A DNA stretch of 64,000 nucleotides from Verrucomicrobiota bacterium (GTDB taxonomy: Bacteria; Verrucomicrobiota; Lentisphaeria; Lentisphaerales; Lentisphaeraceae), in NCBI GenBank assembly GCA_039798785.1, contig JBDKFG010000003.1:32001-96000 (forward strand), given 5' to 3'. The position numbers and the translations under genes were made by a program. A model generated the notes under the pieces. The model saw only the letters and a list, made by a program, of their open reading frames with translations. It was not told the DNA's origin and made no database searches. Position 1 is the stretch's first letter; each line of letters begins with the position of its first letter. This document shows positions 48,012 to 61,034 of this stretch, one piece after another.

Positions 48012-48533
48012 ATGCCCGTCCCGAAAGTCATCGTCCTGTCCGAAGTCATGCGCGGCAAGAGCTTCGAGCTGACCAAGGATCTCTACTCCATCGGCCGCTC
48101 GGAAGAGCGCGACATCTGCGTCCCCGATGGCACCATCAGCTCCTACCATGCGGAGCTGATCAAGACCGATGCCGGCTACACCGCCCGGGACTGCAACTCC
48201 ACCAACGGCACCCGCGTCAACGGCGTCCGCATCACCGAACAGGCCCTCAACAACAGCGACATCCTCCAGGTCGGCGGCGTCGAGATGCTCTTCGACTGCG
48301 AAGATAAGGCCAACGCCACCACTCAGACCACCACCCAGACCAAGATCAACATCGATGATCTCAGCGTCACCACCTACGTCCCCTCCGCGATGTCCAACAT
48401 CTACGGATCCTCGAAGACCGCTTCGGGCGGCGGCGAAGACTCCAAGGTCAAGGTCCTCTTCTACGTCCTCATCGGCGTCCTGGTGATCATCGTGGTCGTC
48501 CTAGGCATTTTCCTCTATCAAAGACTGAAGTGA
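48012..48533 (+). CDS. FHA-domain protein with a C-terminal membrane anchor
   Basis: SIGR, ISSYHA, DCNSTNGT; Thr-rich linker; C-terminal TM helix. Start 48003 or 48012. Confidence 0.9.
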   Translation: MPVPKVIVLSEVMRGKSFELTKDLYSIGRSEERDICVPDGTISSYHAELIKTDAGYTARDCNSTNGTRVNGVRITEQALNNSDILQVGGVEMLFDCEDKANATTQTTTQTKINIDDLSVTTYVPSAMSNIYGSSKTASGGGEDSKVKVLFYVLIGVLVIIVVVLGIFLYQRLK

Positions 48534-48545
48534 CGAATCCCCTAC

Positions 48546-50484
<1,939 letters not shown>

Positions 50485-50498
<14 letters not shown>

Positions 50499-50799
50499 GC
50501 CAAGCGACAAAGGTCTGAAACTGCACCTCCACGTGCAGCCCGGTGCCCGTTGCTACCAGGTCGACGGCCTCCACGGCGAGGCAATCAAAGTCAAAATCGC
50601 CGCCCCCCCGGTCGACGGCAAGGCCAACGCCGCCCTACTTTCCTGGGTCGCCGAGCTGTTCTCCGTCTCACGCTCGCAAGTCCAGCTCCTGAGCGGCGAG
50701 AGCTCGCGCCGCAAGACCCTGCTGCTCACCGGCGGCGACAAAGCCCAACAAGCCTTGTGGCAAGCCCACGGGATGAAACTGATCGGAGGCCTCCCATGA
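50485..50799 (+). CDS. DUF167 (YggU) family protein
   Basis: HVQPGA, KIAAPPVDGKANAAL, LLSGESSRRK. Confidence 0.9.
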
Positions 50800-51062
50800 A
50801 GTCCCGCTCGGTCACCGTCATCAATCCCCTCGGCATCCACGCCCGCCCCTCGGCCATGATCGTCCGTAAAGCAGCCTCCTTTCAGTCGCAATTCTGGATC
50901 GAAAAGAACGGCAACAAGGTCAACGCGCGCAACATCCTTAACATCATGACTCTCGCCGCATCGAAAGGGACTGTCCTGACCCTGATCACCGAAGGCCCCG
51001 ACGAGGAACAGTCTCTCGCCGCTTTGGCCGAGCTCTTCGACACCGGCTTCGGCGAGATCTGA
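50796..51062 (+). CDS. ptsH: phosphocarrier protein HPr
   Basis: GIHARP (His15), EGPDE..AL, FGE; residue 46 is Asn. Confidence 0.92.
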   Translation: MKSRSVTVINPLGIHARPSAMIVRKAASFQSQFWIEKNGNKVNARNILNIMTLAASKGTVLTLITEGPDEEQSLAALAELFDTGFGEI

Positions 51063-51116
51063 GGCTGAAGCCGCCGCACTCGCTGCGGGTCACTTGTTGA
51101 AGCTCCGGGTGGTCAC

Positions 51117-51566
51117 ATGCTCGTTAAAAAGATCAATCGACTTTGGCCAGCTAATCAGCAGGATGACAAGATCTATAAGGTCTATGGACTGACTTTTTTG
51201 CGCAATGAAAACCACACGCTTCACTTTCTCGAAGAGGTCGATGAGCGGAATACTTGGGACAAAAGCAAGTTCGACGGGGGGGTTTTGATTGAGGATGAAG
51301 ACTTTGCGGGCTTAGGCTACCACCCTTTGTCGCGATTTGAAGTCATTGATCCCCACCCTGATTGTCGATGGGTGATGCAGTATGTCAGGTCCATGCAATA
51401 CGATGCAAACAGTGTTCCTGGTGGCGATGTTGACAATGATGTAGACAGCTATTGGGGATGGATTTACATCTATCCGGGAATCCCTGAAAACATTCTCAAC
51501 AGCTTCGTTTTTTGGTACGATGCTTCGCGCAGATTGAAGCAATACATCGACGAGAACTTCCCCTGA
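51117..51566 (+). CDS. hypothetical protein, AT-richer than its neighbours
   Basis: 149-aa ORF rich in aromatic and acidic residues; it fills the gap between ptsH and a terminator. Confidence 0.6.
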   Translation: MLVKKINRLWPANQQDDKIYKVYGLTFLRNENHTLHFLEEVDERNTWDKSKFDGGVLIEDEDFAGLGYHPLSRFEVIDPHPDCRWVMQYVRSMQYDANSVPGGDVDNDVDSYWGWIYIYPGIPENILNSFVFWYDASRRLKQYIDENFP

Positions 51567-51595
51567 GCCTTCATTAATTTAGGGACAGATAACGA

Positions 51596-51624
51596 AAAAC
51601 GCCCTCGCTACGCGAGGGCGTTTT
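51596..51624. terminator. bidirectional intrinsic terminator between convergent genes
   Basis: aaaacgccctcgc-tac-gcgagggcgtttt perfect inverted repeat. Confidence 0.88.
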
Positions 51625-51640
51625 GATCATCTCCAGGACA

Positions 51641-52189
51641 TCACTTGAGCAGTGCTTCGAGAACCGCGTCGACATCCTTGTTGTTGATGTCAGCGATGAA
51701 GAGCTTGCCGTCAGGCGAAATCAGGTAGTAATCCGGATAGCCGTTGACCTGATAGGTCTCATTGGTCTTGCCATTGTCGACGCAGACCGGGTACTTGATG
51801 CCTTTGTCCTTGACCACTGCAGCCATGCTTTCGCCGCCTTGGGCGTGGCAGACGCCGATGACGAGGAGCTTGTCCTTGTACTTCTCCTGGATCGCATTGG
51901 TGTGCGGAATCGAGGCCACACAGGGACCGCACCAGGTGGCCCAGAAGTCGAGCAGGACCCACTTGCCTTTCAAATCATCAAGCTTGCGGGCATCGCTGTT
52001 GATCCAATCCTTGACATCGAGGGCCGGGGCTTCCTTGCCGTTCATGGCGGCGAAGCGCTCCTGGCCCCGCTCCTTCCACTCCTCCTTGATCAAGGCCTTC
52101 GCCGCGGCCTCGTCGAAATTGCTTTTCGCCGCTTCTGCGGCGCCTGCCGCCAGAGTCAAAAATGCTGCTGCGATGAGCCAATTTTTCAT
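51641..52189 (-). CDS. exported TlpA-family thiol-disulfide oxidoreductase
   Basis: Signal peptide, LKGKWVLLDFWATWCGPC, GYP. Confidence 0.9.
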   Translation of the reverse strand: MKNWLIAAAFLTLAAGAAEAAKSNFDEAAAKALIKEEWKERGQERFAAMNGKEAPALDVKDWINSDARKLDDLKGKWVLLDFWATWCGPCVASIPHTNAIQEKYKDKLLVIGVCHAQGGESMAAVVKDKGIKYPVCVDNGKTNETYQVNGYPDYYLISPDGKLFIADINNKDVDAVLEALLK

Positions 52190-52264
52190 CAGGATTCTCC
52201 CAATCTATGGTTTTTATGTGAAGGCGCCCTTGTGTAGACGCAGTGGAACACGGTTTTACGCCTG

Positions 52265-53563
52265 TCAATCCACCACGGGCAGGCAGAGGCTTGGGGCTCT
52301 GGTCACCGGCAGCTGGTCGATGGCCTTTATAGCAGCCGTGGCGGCGGCCTGGCTGGCGACGTGAGTCATCAAAACCAAGGTGACCGGTGCTCCGGAAGCC
52401 TCGGCAGCTTCTTTCTGCAGGAAGGAGGCGATCGAGATCAGGTGGGCGCCGAGGATGCCGGTGATCACGGCGAGCACGCCGGGGTTATCGGCGACGGTGA
52501 GGCGGATGTAGAATCGCGACTTGGTCTGACTGGCGTCGGCAAGCTCAGCCGCGGGTCTTTGATCCGACCAGAGCTGCAGGAGGCCGAAGGTGATCTGGGC
52601 CCTTCCGACCGCGGTGTCGATGATGTCGGCGACGACGGCGGATGCGGTGGGTTTTTCGCCGGCGCCCTGGCCTTGGTAGAAGAGCTCACCGACGGCATCG
52701 CCGCGGAGCGACACGGCATTAAACGCCTGGCGGACTTCGGCGAGGGGCGACCCGAAGCGGACGAGCGCGGGTGAGACGCCCAGCGCGAGCCGCCCTTGAT
52801 CCAAGCGCGCCGAGGCGATCAACTTGATGCGGCAGCCGAGCTCGCGGGCGAAGGCTATGTCGAGAGGAGAGAGACCATCGATGCCGAGACGCGGAATCTC
52901 GCGCCAGCTGGCGCGGGCTCCGAAGCCGAGATGTGCCAGGATGGCCAGCTTCTGGGCGGCGTCGGAACCGTCGACGTCCATCGCCGGATCGGCCTCGGCA
53001 TAACCGAGGCGCTGCGCTTCCTTCAAGGCGACGGCGAAATCCTGACTCTTCTCCTCCATGCAGGTGAGGATGAAATTGGTGGTGCCGTTAAGAATGCCGC
53101 GAAGGCCCTCGAGGCGGTTGGCGGAAAGACACTGGCTCATGTTGGTGATGATCGGGATGCCGCCGGCGACCGCCGCCTCGAAGGCGATCGAGCGCCCCTG
53201 AGCTCGAGCCGCGTCGAAAAGCTCGCTTCCGTGCTCTGCCAGAAGCGCCTTGTTGGCGGTGATCAGATCCTTGCCGGAGGCCAGCAGGCGCAAGGCGATG
53301 CTTCGGGCAGGTTCCAGACCGCCGACGAGGAGAACGGCAATGCGGCACTCGCGGTCGGCGATGAGCTCCTCGAGATCACCTCGGATCAGGCCGGGAGGAA
53401 GGTCAATCCGCCGGGCCTTGCCGGGATCACCGACGACGACGTGCGCGATCTCCAGCGATTTGCCGGCCTGGCGGCGCACACCCTCGGCATTCTCGGTCAA
53501 AATCCGCGCCACGCCAGTTCCGACTGTACCCAGACCGACGAGGCCGATGCGAATGCTGGACAT
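52265..53563 (-). CDS. hom: homoserine dehydrogenase with ACT domain
   Basis: GLGTVG, TANKAL, FEAAVAGGIP, GILNGTTN, GYAEADP, GAG..PTASAV, DNPGVL. Confidence 0.96.
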   Translation of the reverse strand: MSSIRIGLVGLGTVGTGVARILTENAEGVRRQAGKSLEIAHVVVGDPGKARRIDLPPGLIRGDLEELIADRECRIAVLLVGGLEPARSIALRLLASGKDLITANKALLAEHGSELFDAARAQGRSIAFEAAVAGGIPIITNMSQCLSANRLEGLRGILNGTTNFILTCMEEKSQDFAVALKEAQRLGYAEADPAMDVDGSDAAQKLAILAHLGFGARASWREIPRLGIDGLSPLDIAFARELGCRIKLIASARLDQGRLALGVSPALVRFGSPLAEVRQAFNAVSLRGDAVGELFYQGQGAGEKPTASAVVADIIDTAVGRAQITFGLLQLWSDQRPAAELADASQTKSRFYIRLTVADNPGVLAVITGILGAHLISIASFLQKEAAEASGAPVTLVLMTHVASQAAATAAIKAIDQLPVTRAPSLCLPVVD

Positions 53564-53669
53564 GAGAATTCTCCTGATTGGTTTGAGGCGAAACCAAGGT
53601 GAGGCCCGGTCGCCACTACTTCAAGAGCCGCGACACGGCCATTCTGTGTCAAGCGGCGGAGCTCGCGGC

Positions 53670-55817
53670 TCAGGGCAAGCCGCCCTTCCTGCGAATGTAC
53701 CATTCGGTCCCGAGCAGGCCGAGCCCCAGGAGATAGAAAAGCCAGTTATCCCAGAGGGATTTGAGCCGTTTGATGCTGCGGGTGCTGCGCTGCGCCGGCG
53801 CCTGGAGGTAGCGGTCGAGGAGCTCGCCGAACTGCTCCGCCGCCAAGACCGAGCCGCCGCTGCTGCGCGCCAAGGCTTCGGCCGCCTCGGCGTCGGCAAG
53901 CGGCTGATCGATCTCGGTGCGCGGACGCCGCACCTGCAGACGCTGCTCGTTCGATCGCAGAGCCTTGCCTTCAACCATCGCCTCGACGACCAGGCTCCAA
54001 GTCCCCTCGCCGGGAGCGAAGGAGGCGGTGGAGCATTCCCCTTCAGGGCTGAGGACCAAGCTGCCTGCCTCGGGAGGATTCTCAATCCGACGCCAAAGGA
54101 CCTTGGCTTCCGGTGGAGCGCGGCTGCCGGAACTGCTCTCCAGAGAAGAGCGCAGGGAAACTTTGTCGCCCAGCTCGATCCGGCTGCGATCGAGTTCGAG
54201 GGAAAGCTGGCCCTCGAGCAAGTCCTCGCGGAAGGCGAGATGGCAGACGCTGCGGCGCCACAAGGGGTCGTGAATGCCGCTGCGCGACACGGCGTCCATC
54301 GCCAAGGGCCAAGTCAGGGGACCAGCCAGGATGGCGAGGCGCCCTTTGCCGAGATTGTCGGCGATGAGAACGCTGCGTCCATCGATCTCGAGCAGACTCT
54401 TGGCGCCGGCGGCGAGCTTCAAGGGGATGATACGGCGCGGCTGGGTCTGGCGAGCCTTCCAGCTGGCCGGATCGGCGGCGGCGAGACGGGCGAGCGGACC
54501 GCTGATGAAGTGGCTGGCTCCGTGGGCTGCGGGACTCATCGGCGAGCTGACTTCGATGGCGGCGCCGCTGACGCTGGCGGGGGCCCCGGGGATCTGCGCC
54601 AGCAAGGGAGCGCTGCGGGGCCCGAGGACCAGCATCAAGCCGGCACGGCGATTCTGCGGCAGCTTCAGCAGCGAATCGACAAGAGGTTGGCCGAGCAGTG
54701 CTGGATCGGGATCGACCAGGACGGCGGCATCGACAGGGCCGGAAACGAGGCCGAGGACTTCACGACGCCCTTCGGCATTGCGGCATGCGTAAGGAGAAGG
54801 GACGATGCATTCGAAGGCGTCGCAGGCCTCCAGCGCACGGCGGATGAACTTGAACTCCGGCGAGGGAGAGGTGGCCAGAAGCAGGACTTTCAGGCCTCCT
54901 CCCCGGACCCGGAAAAAGGTGTCAGCCTGGTTGTTGACGGCGCTCAACTCCTGGGGGACGGGCGTGATCAGGGCGCTGAGTGAGTGGAACCCCGGGCCGA
55001 GATCCTTGGTCGCCACATCAAGCCGGACCAGGCCTCCGTCGACGGCGCGACTGGTGCTCAGTTCGCGCTTGGCGACTTCGCGTCCGTCGCAAAGAATGCG
55101 CAAGCTTGCAGGACGGTCTTTCATGCCTCGCAAGCTGTAGCTGACGCTGACCGGAAGGGCTTCGTCCTTCTGCACCACGGCGGGAGTTTCTACCTCGATG
55201 ACGGCGGCGTCCTCCAGTCCCTCGCCGTAATCGCTGCGGCCAAGAAGGACCGTGTGGACCGGGATCTTGCGGCCGCCGCAAGCCGCGGCGGCGCGGGAAA
55301 TGCTGGCACCGGTGTTCGAGGCGGCGTCGCCGAGATGGATGACGCCGGCGTTTCGCCGCAGGCTGGGTGAGGACGCAGCCTCAAGCAGCGCATTGCCGAG
55401 GGCGCTGGCTCCATCGGCGACCGGGCTGCCGGCGGCGACCGGCGCGGCAGCGAAGTCGAGCTCGACCAGTTCATAGCGGTCGCGCAAGGCGGCGAGCGCT
55501 TCGGCCTGGGACTTGATGAGGCGGGTAGCGACGGCGTCGCGACTTTGACGTTCGGGCATGTCGCGCAGCTGCATCGAGGCGGAGCGGTCGCGCAAGAGGT
55601 AGAGCAGGTCCTTCTCGACCAGCTGTTCGGAGCGGTCGAGAGAGGGACGGAGCAGGAGGATGCTGGCGACTGCGATCCAAGCCAAGCGGAAAGGCAAGGC
55701 AGTGCGGGCGGCGGCGGCTTTGGGAGAGCGCAGGGTGGAGACCAGGCTCTGGAGAGCGCATAGCAGGGCCAGCGCGGCGATCAATGGCCAGGGCAGTAGG
55801 GGGTCAAACACGGGCAT
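53670..55817 (-). CDS. membrane protein with vWA domain (intact DxSxS), Ig-like and glutamine-amidotransferase-like regions
   Basis: N-terminal TM pair with LLRP, DRSASM, LGD, ELSAVNN, KVLLL....SPEFKFIRRAL, C-terminal LWD...TEWYIRRKGGL. Confidence 0.72.
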   Translation of the reverse strand: MPVFDPLLPWPLIAALALLCALQSLVSTLRSPKAAAARTALPFRLAWIAVASILLLRPSLDRSEQLVEKDLLYLLRDRSASMQLRDMPERQSRDAVATRLIKSQAEALAALRDRYELVELDFAAAPVAAGSPVADGASALGNALLEAASSPSLRRNAGVIHLGDAASNTGASISRAAAACGGRKIPVHTVLLGRSDYGEGLEDAAVIEVETPAVVQKDEALPVSVSYSLRGMKDRPASLRILCDGREVAKRELSTSRAVDGGLVRLDVATKDLGPGFHSLSALITPVPQELSAVNNQADTFFRVRGGGLKVLLLATSPSPEFKFIRRALEACDAFECIVPSPYACRNAEGRREVLGLVSGPVDAAVLVDPDPALLGQPLVDSLLKLPQNRRAGLMLVLGPRSAPLLAQIPGAPASVSGAAIEVSSPMSPAAHGASHFISGPLARLAAADPASWKARQTQPRRIIPLKLAAGAKSLLEIDGRSVLIADNLGKGRLAILAGPLTWPLAMDAVSRSGIHDPLWRRSVCHLAFREDLLEGQLSLELDRSRIELGDKVSLRSSLESSSGSRAPPEAKVLWRRIENPPEAGSLVLSPEGECSTASFAPGEGTWSLVVEAMVEGKALRSNEQRLQVRRPRTEIDQPLADAEAAEALARSSGGSVLAAEQFGELLDRYLQAPAQRSTRSIKRLKSLWDNWLFYLLGLGLLGTEWYIRRKGGLP

Positions 55818-57747
55818 GGCGGAGGCTCCGGTCGGCGACGAAAATCTCGGCGAGGCCGAGGAGAAGAAGCAGGACGCCGAAGATCATCGCCGGCAGCTCC
55901 GGCGGCAGACCGAGGGAGTCGAGCCGTCCCAGAGGAACCTGCTCCCCGCCGGGCAGCTTGTCCGGGAGCGGTGCCGCATAATGGGCGGGACTCCGCTCAA
56001 GGACGCAGGCGAAGACCGGCATGGCGCTCCAATCGCTGTTGTAGAAGCCAGGCATCGAGGTCGAAGTGGCGAGGCGCCCCTCCGGCAACTCCCGCGGCTC
56101 CTCGGTGCTGCCGTCGGGCCCGCGGATCTTGCACGGCGGCGCGGCGGGAAGAAGCACTCCTTCGCCGCAGCGATGCCAGGCCTCGCGACGCGCGGGCGGC
56201 GCGGCTTCGGCGAAGATCGCCACCAGCAAAGGGCCGAGGAAGTCGCAGCCGAGAAGCGCCTCGCCGCGCGGCGAACTGGCATCCAGACCAAGGAACCAGG
56301 TGTCGCGACTGCATCTTCCGACGACAGCTCCCTCGGGGGCGCCGAGAAGGGGACGTCCGCCGCCCTTGAACAGGAGGCAGCCGGAGAAGCGACCCTCCTC
56401 GAATTCGCGCTTGAACTGCTGCCGGAGACTCCGTCCACGCTCCCAGGACTCGTCGGGCCGGAGCTCGATGGCCTCGCCTGCTGCCGTCGGCGTCTCGCCG
56501 ATGAGCGGCGCGAGCCTTTCGAGACGCGCCGAGGCATCGGGCCAGATCAGAAGCTGGCCGCCGTTGTGGGCGAAGGCGGCAAGTCGCTCGAGAGCGGCGG
56601 AACCGAGATCGAGGCTGCCGCACAGGACCACGCCTCCAGCCGTCTTCAGAGGCTGTTCGAGAGAGTCGTACGAGCGCCGGCTCAGTCGCCATCCCCGCGA
56701 TATCGCCCCGGCCGGACTCAAGGCCGCATTCAAGAGAGCGCTGTTGTCGAGCTCGGTGCCGGCGGCATCGGTGTAAATCGTCAGCTCCACCGGTTCCGCC
56801 GCCACCAGGGCCAGTGGCCAGGCGTCGTCGGCGCCGAGCAGGTCGCCCGGCTCAAGCACGACCTCGAGGCGCCTCGCCGCCTGGCGGGAGGGGGTGACTA
56901 CGAAGACCGCATCAGGAGCCTCCCGGGAGACGGTGGCGCTGTCGATCTCCTGGCCGTCCTCGCGGAGCATCACCCGCAGGCCGCCCGGTGGCAGGTCGCC
57001 GGCGATGCGGGCAACGATTTCGCAAGGAATGTCGGCGAGCATGTCCGGGTTGCGGCGGAGCTTGAGGCCTGCGACCGCGGCATTGCCGCGGCGCTCCGGC
57101 AGCTTATGCCATTCGAGGCTGAGACCGGGCGGGGGCTGGAGGGAGGCGGCGCCGGCGGGCCATGCGCCAGGGTTGAGGTCGCTGAGGATGACCAGCCGCT
57201 TCGGCAGTTTGGTATCGAGGGTGGCAAGGGCGGTGGCGGCCCGGCGTGCCAGGCTGCCGAGGTCGAGGGCGCGGGTTTCCGTCGTCAGGGATTTGACACG
57301 GTCCTGGGCTCCCTGGATCATCGGAGTGAAGCTGCAATCCTCCTGGGCGTCAACCACCGCCACCAAGGAGCCGGACGGGAGCGAGCCAAGGAGGTCCAGC
57401 GCCTTCTGGCGAGCCCATTCGATCTGGGGCTTGCCGTCGACTGCCTGGGCGGCGTAGAAGGAGTTGTCGATGACGACGGCGAGCGCCGCGGCCTGGCCGG
57501 AGCCGCGGGTGTCGAGCTTGGGCCGGGCGAGGAGGAGGGCAAGGCAAATGATGGTGGCCATGCGGATCAGCAGCAGCAGGATCTGGTCCATGCGGCGGCT
57601 GCGCGAGCTGGTGGCCGCGGCGCGCAGCAGGAATTCAAAGGTCGGCAGGCTCACCGGCTTGGGCTTTTCGCGGCGCAGGAGGTGAAGGAGCAGCGGCAGT
57701 GCCGCACCCAATCCTCCTAGAAGCAACATCAAATTGGCAAATCCCAA
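55804..57747 (-). CDS. BatA N-terminal double-transmembrane / vWA-like protein
   Basis: MGFAN..LLGGLGAALPLLLHLLRR...LPTFEFL...LLLLIRM....LALLLARP, VIDNS, ILSD, C-terminal TM; TTG start with GGAGG RBS. Confidence 0.82.
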   Translation of the reverse strand: MGFANLMLLLGGLGAALPLLLHLLRREKPKPVSLPTFEFLLRAAATSSRSRRMDQILLLLIRMATIICLALLLARPKLDTRGSGQAAALAVVIDNSFYAAQAVDGKPQIEWARQKALDLLGSLPSGSLVAVVDAQEDCSFTPMIQGAQDRVKSLTTETRALDLGSLARRAATALATLDTKLPKRLVILSDLNPGAWPAGAASLQPPPGLSLEWHKLPERRGNAAVAGLKLRRNPDMLADIPCEIVARIAGDLPPGGLRVMLREDGQEIDSATVSREAPDAVFVVTPSRQAARRLEVVLEPGDLLGADDAWPLALVAAEPVELTIYTDAAGTELDNSALLNAALSPAGAISRGWRLSRRSYDSLEQPLKTAGGVVLCGSLDLGSAALERLAAFAHNGGQLLIWPDASARLERLAPLIGETPTAAGEAIELRPDESWERGRSLRQQFKREFEEGRFSGCLLFKGGGRPLLGAPEGAVVGRCSRDTWFLGLDASSPRGEALLGCDFLGPLLVAIFAEAAPPARREAWHRCGEGVLLPAAPPCKIRGPDGSTEEPRELPEGRLATSTSMPGFYNSDWSAMPVFACVLERSPAHYAAPLPDKLPGGEQVPLGRLDSLGLPPELPAMIFGVLLLLLGLAEIFVADRSLRHARV

Positions 57748-57849
57748 GTCCTTCCTCCCGCCTTTGCGGCATCCGCGAAGCTAGCGCCGCCGCAGCGACG
57801 CGCTACGGATCGCGCTTGAATTATCCCCAATTCCCGGGCAAAGCGGCGA

Positions 57850-59142
<1,293 letters not shown>

Positions 59143-59145
59143 GGT

Positions 59146-60933
59146 TTATCTTCCTTCGTTTTCGAGCTGCTTGCGGGCCTCCGCCAGGGCGGCGAAGGCG
59201 AGGAAATCGGGGCCGGCTGCTTCGGCGGCGCTGGGGTAAGGGGTTCCGTGGCGGAGGAGGAGCTGGGCGCGGAGGAGCCTGGCGTCCTGGGAATCGCCGC
59301 AGCTGACGCGATGGAGGGCCGCGAGCTGTTTCGGGGTGACCTGGCTCCAGGCGAAGTTGCCGCCGCCGACGGCGGTGGAGTAGCGGATGCCGAGAGGGCT
59401 GATCGCCTCGGCCGACCCGGGAGTCGAGATGATGGCGGCGAGGAGGGCTTCCTGGAGGCTGGCGGCATCGGCCTTTTTGGCCCAGGCGAAGATTTCGCCC
59501 CACAGCTTCAACTCGGCCTCGGCGAGCTGCTGGTGGAGACTGATGAGGGTCTTGCCGGCTTCGCTGTGGAAGGGCGCCTCGTGGACCAGGGCCTCGAGCC
59601 GCTGCTTCAAGTCACGCTGCGGATCCTTGAGAGGCTGGCGCAGGGCTTCTTCGATGCGCTGGAAGCGGCTCCACTCGGCGCGCGCCATTTCCTGAATCTC
59701 GGTGCGTCTCTTGGCGGCGGCGGTCTCGAAGGCCAGGCGTTCATCGACCATCTCCTTCGACAGCCTCATCGCTTCGTTCCACTCCTGCCCCGGGGGATAC
59801 CGGGCGATGAGATCGTCGAGCACGGCCTTGGCTCGCGGGAAATCGGCGCGGCCGCGCGCCTCCCTGAGGATCAAAAGGGACCGCTGGAAATCGTCGGCGA
59901 GGAGCTTCCGCAAGGATTTCTCAGCATCCTCGGCGAGGCGGGCGTCCTGGGCGGCGAACGCCCCGAGGCGGGCCTGGGCTCCACGGAAATCGCCAAGCTC
60001 GCCGCTGCGGAGGATTTCGGCGGCGAGGCGTTTGTCGGCGGCGCGGGCGCCTTGGCTGGCCGCCTCGGCCTCGGCGCTGAGGCCACCGGCATCCTGGCGA
60101 CCCTGCCAGGCGAGTCCTGCCAAGCCTTCCCAGGCCGCTTCCGCCTCGCCGCTCTTCCAATACAGCGCGAGGATGAAGAGAAGGGCGGCTATCAGCGCAG
60201 GAAGGAGGGTGCGTGAAGCACGCCGCTCAGCCGCATCAAGCCGCATCGGGCGCAGATCGGCACTGGGGTCGGGGAGGCAGCGGCGGACAAAATCGGCGCA
60301 TTCAAGCGGCAGTGATGCCGGGATCCTGGCCAGCGGCGGGCGGGGATCGCCGGCAAGGAGGCGGAGAGCGATGCGATTGCGCATCTCGAGGATCTGCTGC
60401 GGCAAGGCACGAGAAGTCTCCTGCGGCAGGTAGGGCCAGAGTTCCTGGGTCAGCTTTTGGGGATCAAGCCAGGCGCCGCATCGGGGCGAGTCGAGATAGA
60501 GGCTGCCGTCGTGGCCGAGGAGGAGATTGGGCAGCAACGCGGCGGCTGAAGGAGTGTTGAGGCTGGGGCTGGAGGCGGCGAGCTTCTCCAGGGCTCCGAG
60601 AAAGAGCAGGCTGATCTCGGGAGGCGGCAGAGGCGGGCGGGCGAGTACCTCGCAGAGCGGAGCGGCATCGATGCAGGGGCGCCAGAACTGCCAGCAGACG
60701 CGATCCTGGAAGATCTTCTGCGGCAGACGCCAGGGGATGCCCGAGGGGGGCGCTTTCGCCAGCTCGTGGAGAAACTGGGCATGAGCCTCCGCGGCGGGAC
60801 CGAGCACGACCTCCTCGATCTCCCAGGTGCCGCCGGCAATGTCGCGACCAAGGAAAATCCGCCAGCCCTCGCCGCGGCGAAGCTCGCGGAGGACTTGGAC
60901 CGGAGACGCCGATGTGGGAAGGGACTCGGGCAT
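59146..60933 (-). CDS. degenerate Hanks-type Ser/Thr kinase-like (pseudokinase) domain, one TM helix and a large helical C-terminal domain
   Basis: Collinear remnants of kinase subdomains (VLRELRRGEGWRIFLGRD; AQFLHE; PNLLLGHDGSLYL; PYLPQE; FVRRCL...DLRP) with the catalytic residues missing; TM LLPALIAALLFILALYW. Confidence 0.62.
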   Translation of the reverse strand: MPESLPTSASPVQVLRELRRGEGWRIFLGRDIAGGTWEIEEVVLGPAAEAHAQFLHELAKAPPSGIPWRLPQKIFQDRVCWQFWRPCIDAAPLCEVLARPPLPPPEISLLFLGALEKLAASSPSLNTPSAAALLPNLLLGHDGSLYLDSPRCGAWLDPQKLTQELWPYLPQETSRALPQQILEMRNRIALRLLAGDPRPPLARIPASLPLECADFVRRCLPDPSADLRPMRLDAAERRASRTLLPALIAALLFILALYWKSGEAEAAWEGLAGLAWQGRQDAGGLSAEAEAASQGARAADKRLAAEILRSGELGDFRGAQARLGAFAAQDARLAEDAEKSLRKLLADDFQRSLLILREARGRADFPRAKAVLDDLIARYPPGQEWNEAMRLSKEMVDERLAFETAAAKRRTEIQEMARAEWSRFQRIEEALRQPLKDPQRDLKQRLEALVHEAPFHSEAGKTLISLHQQLAEAELKLWGEIFAWAKKADAASLQEALLAAIISTPGSAEAISPLGIRYSTAVGGGNFAWSQVTPKQLAALHRVSCGDSQDARLLRAQLLLRHGTPYPSAAEAAGPDFLAFAALAEARKQLENEGR

Positions 60934-61034
60934 GGAGGAGGAATCGGGTTGAGAGTTTGGGCTATCGAAGAGAACACCAAAGATCGTTTCGATCCGACTG
61001 ACTTGACCGCTCAAGGTGCCGAGCGGCCTATCGC

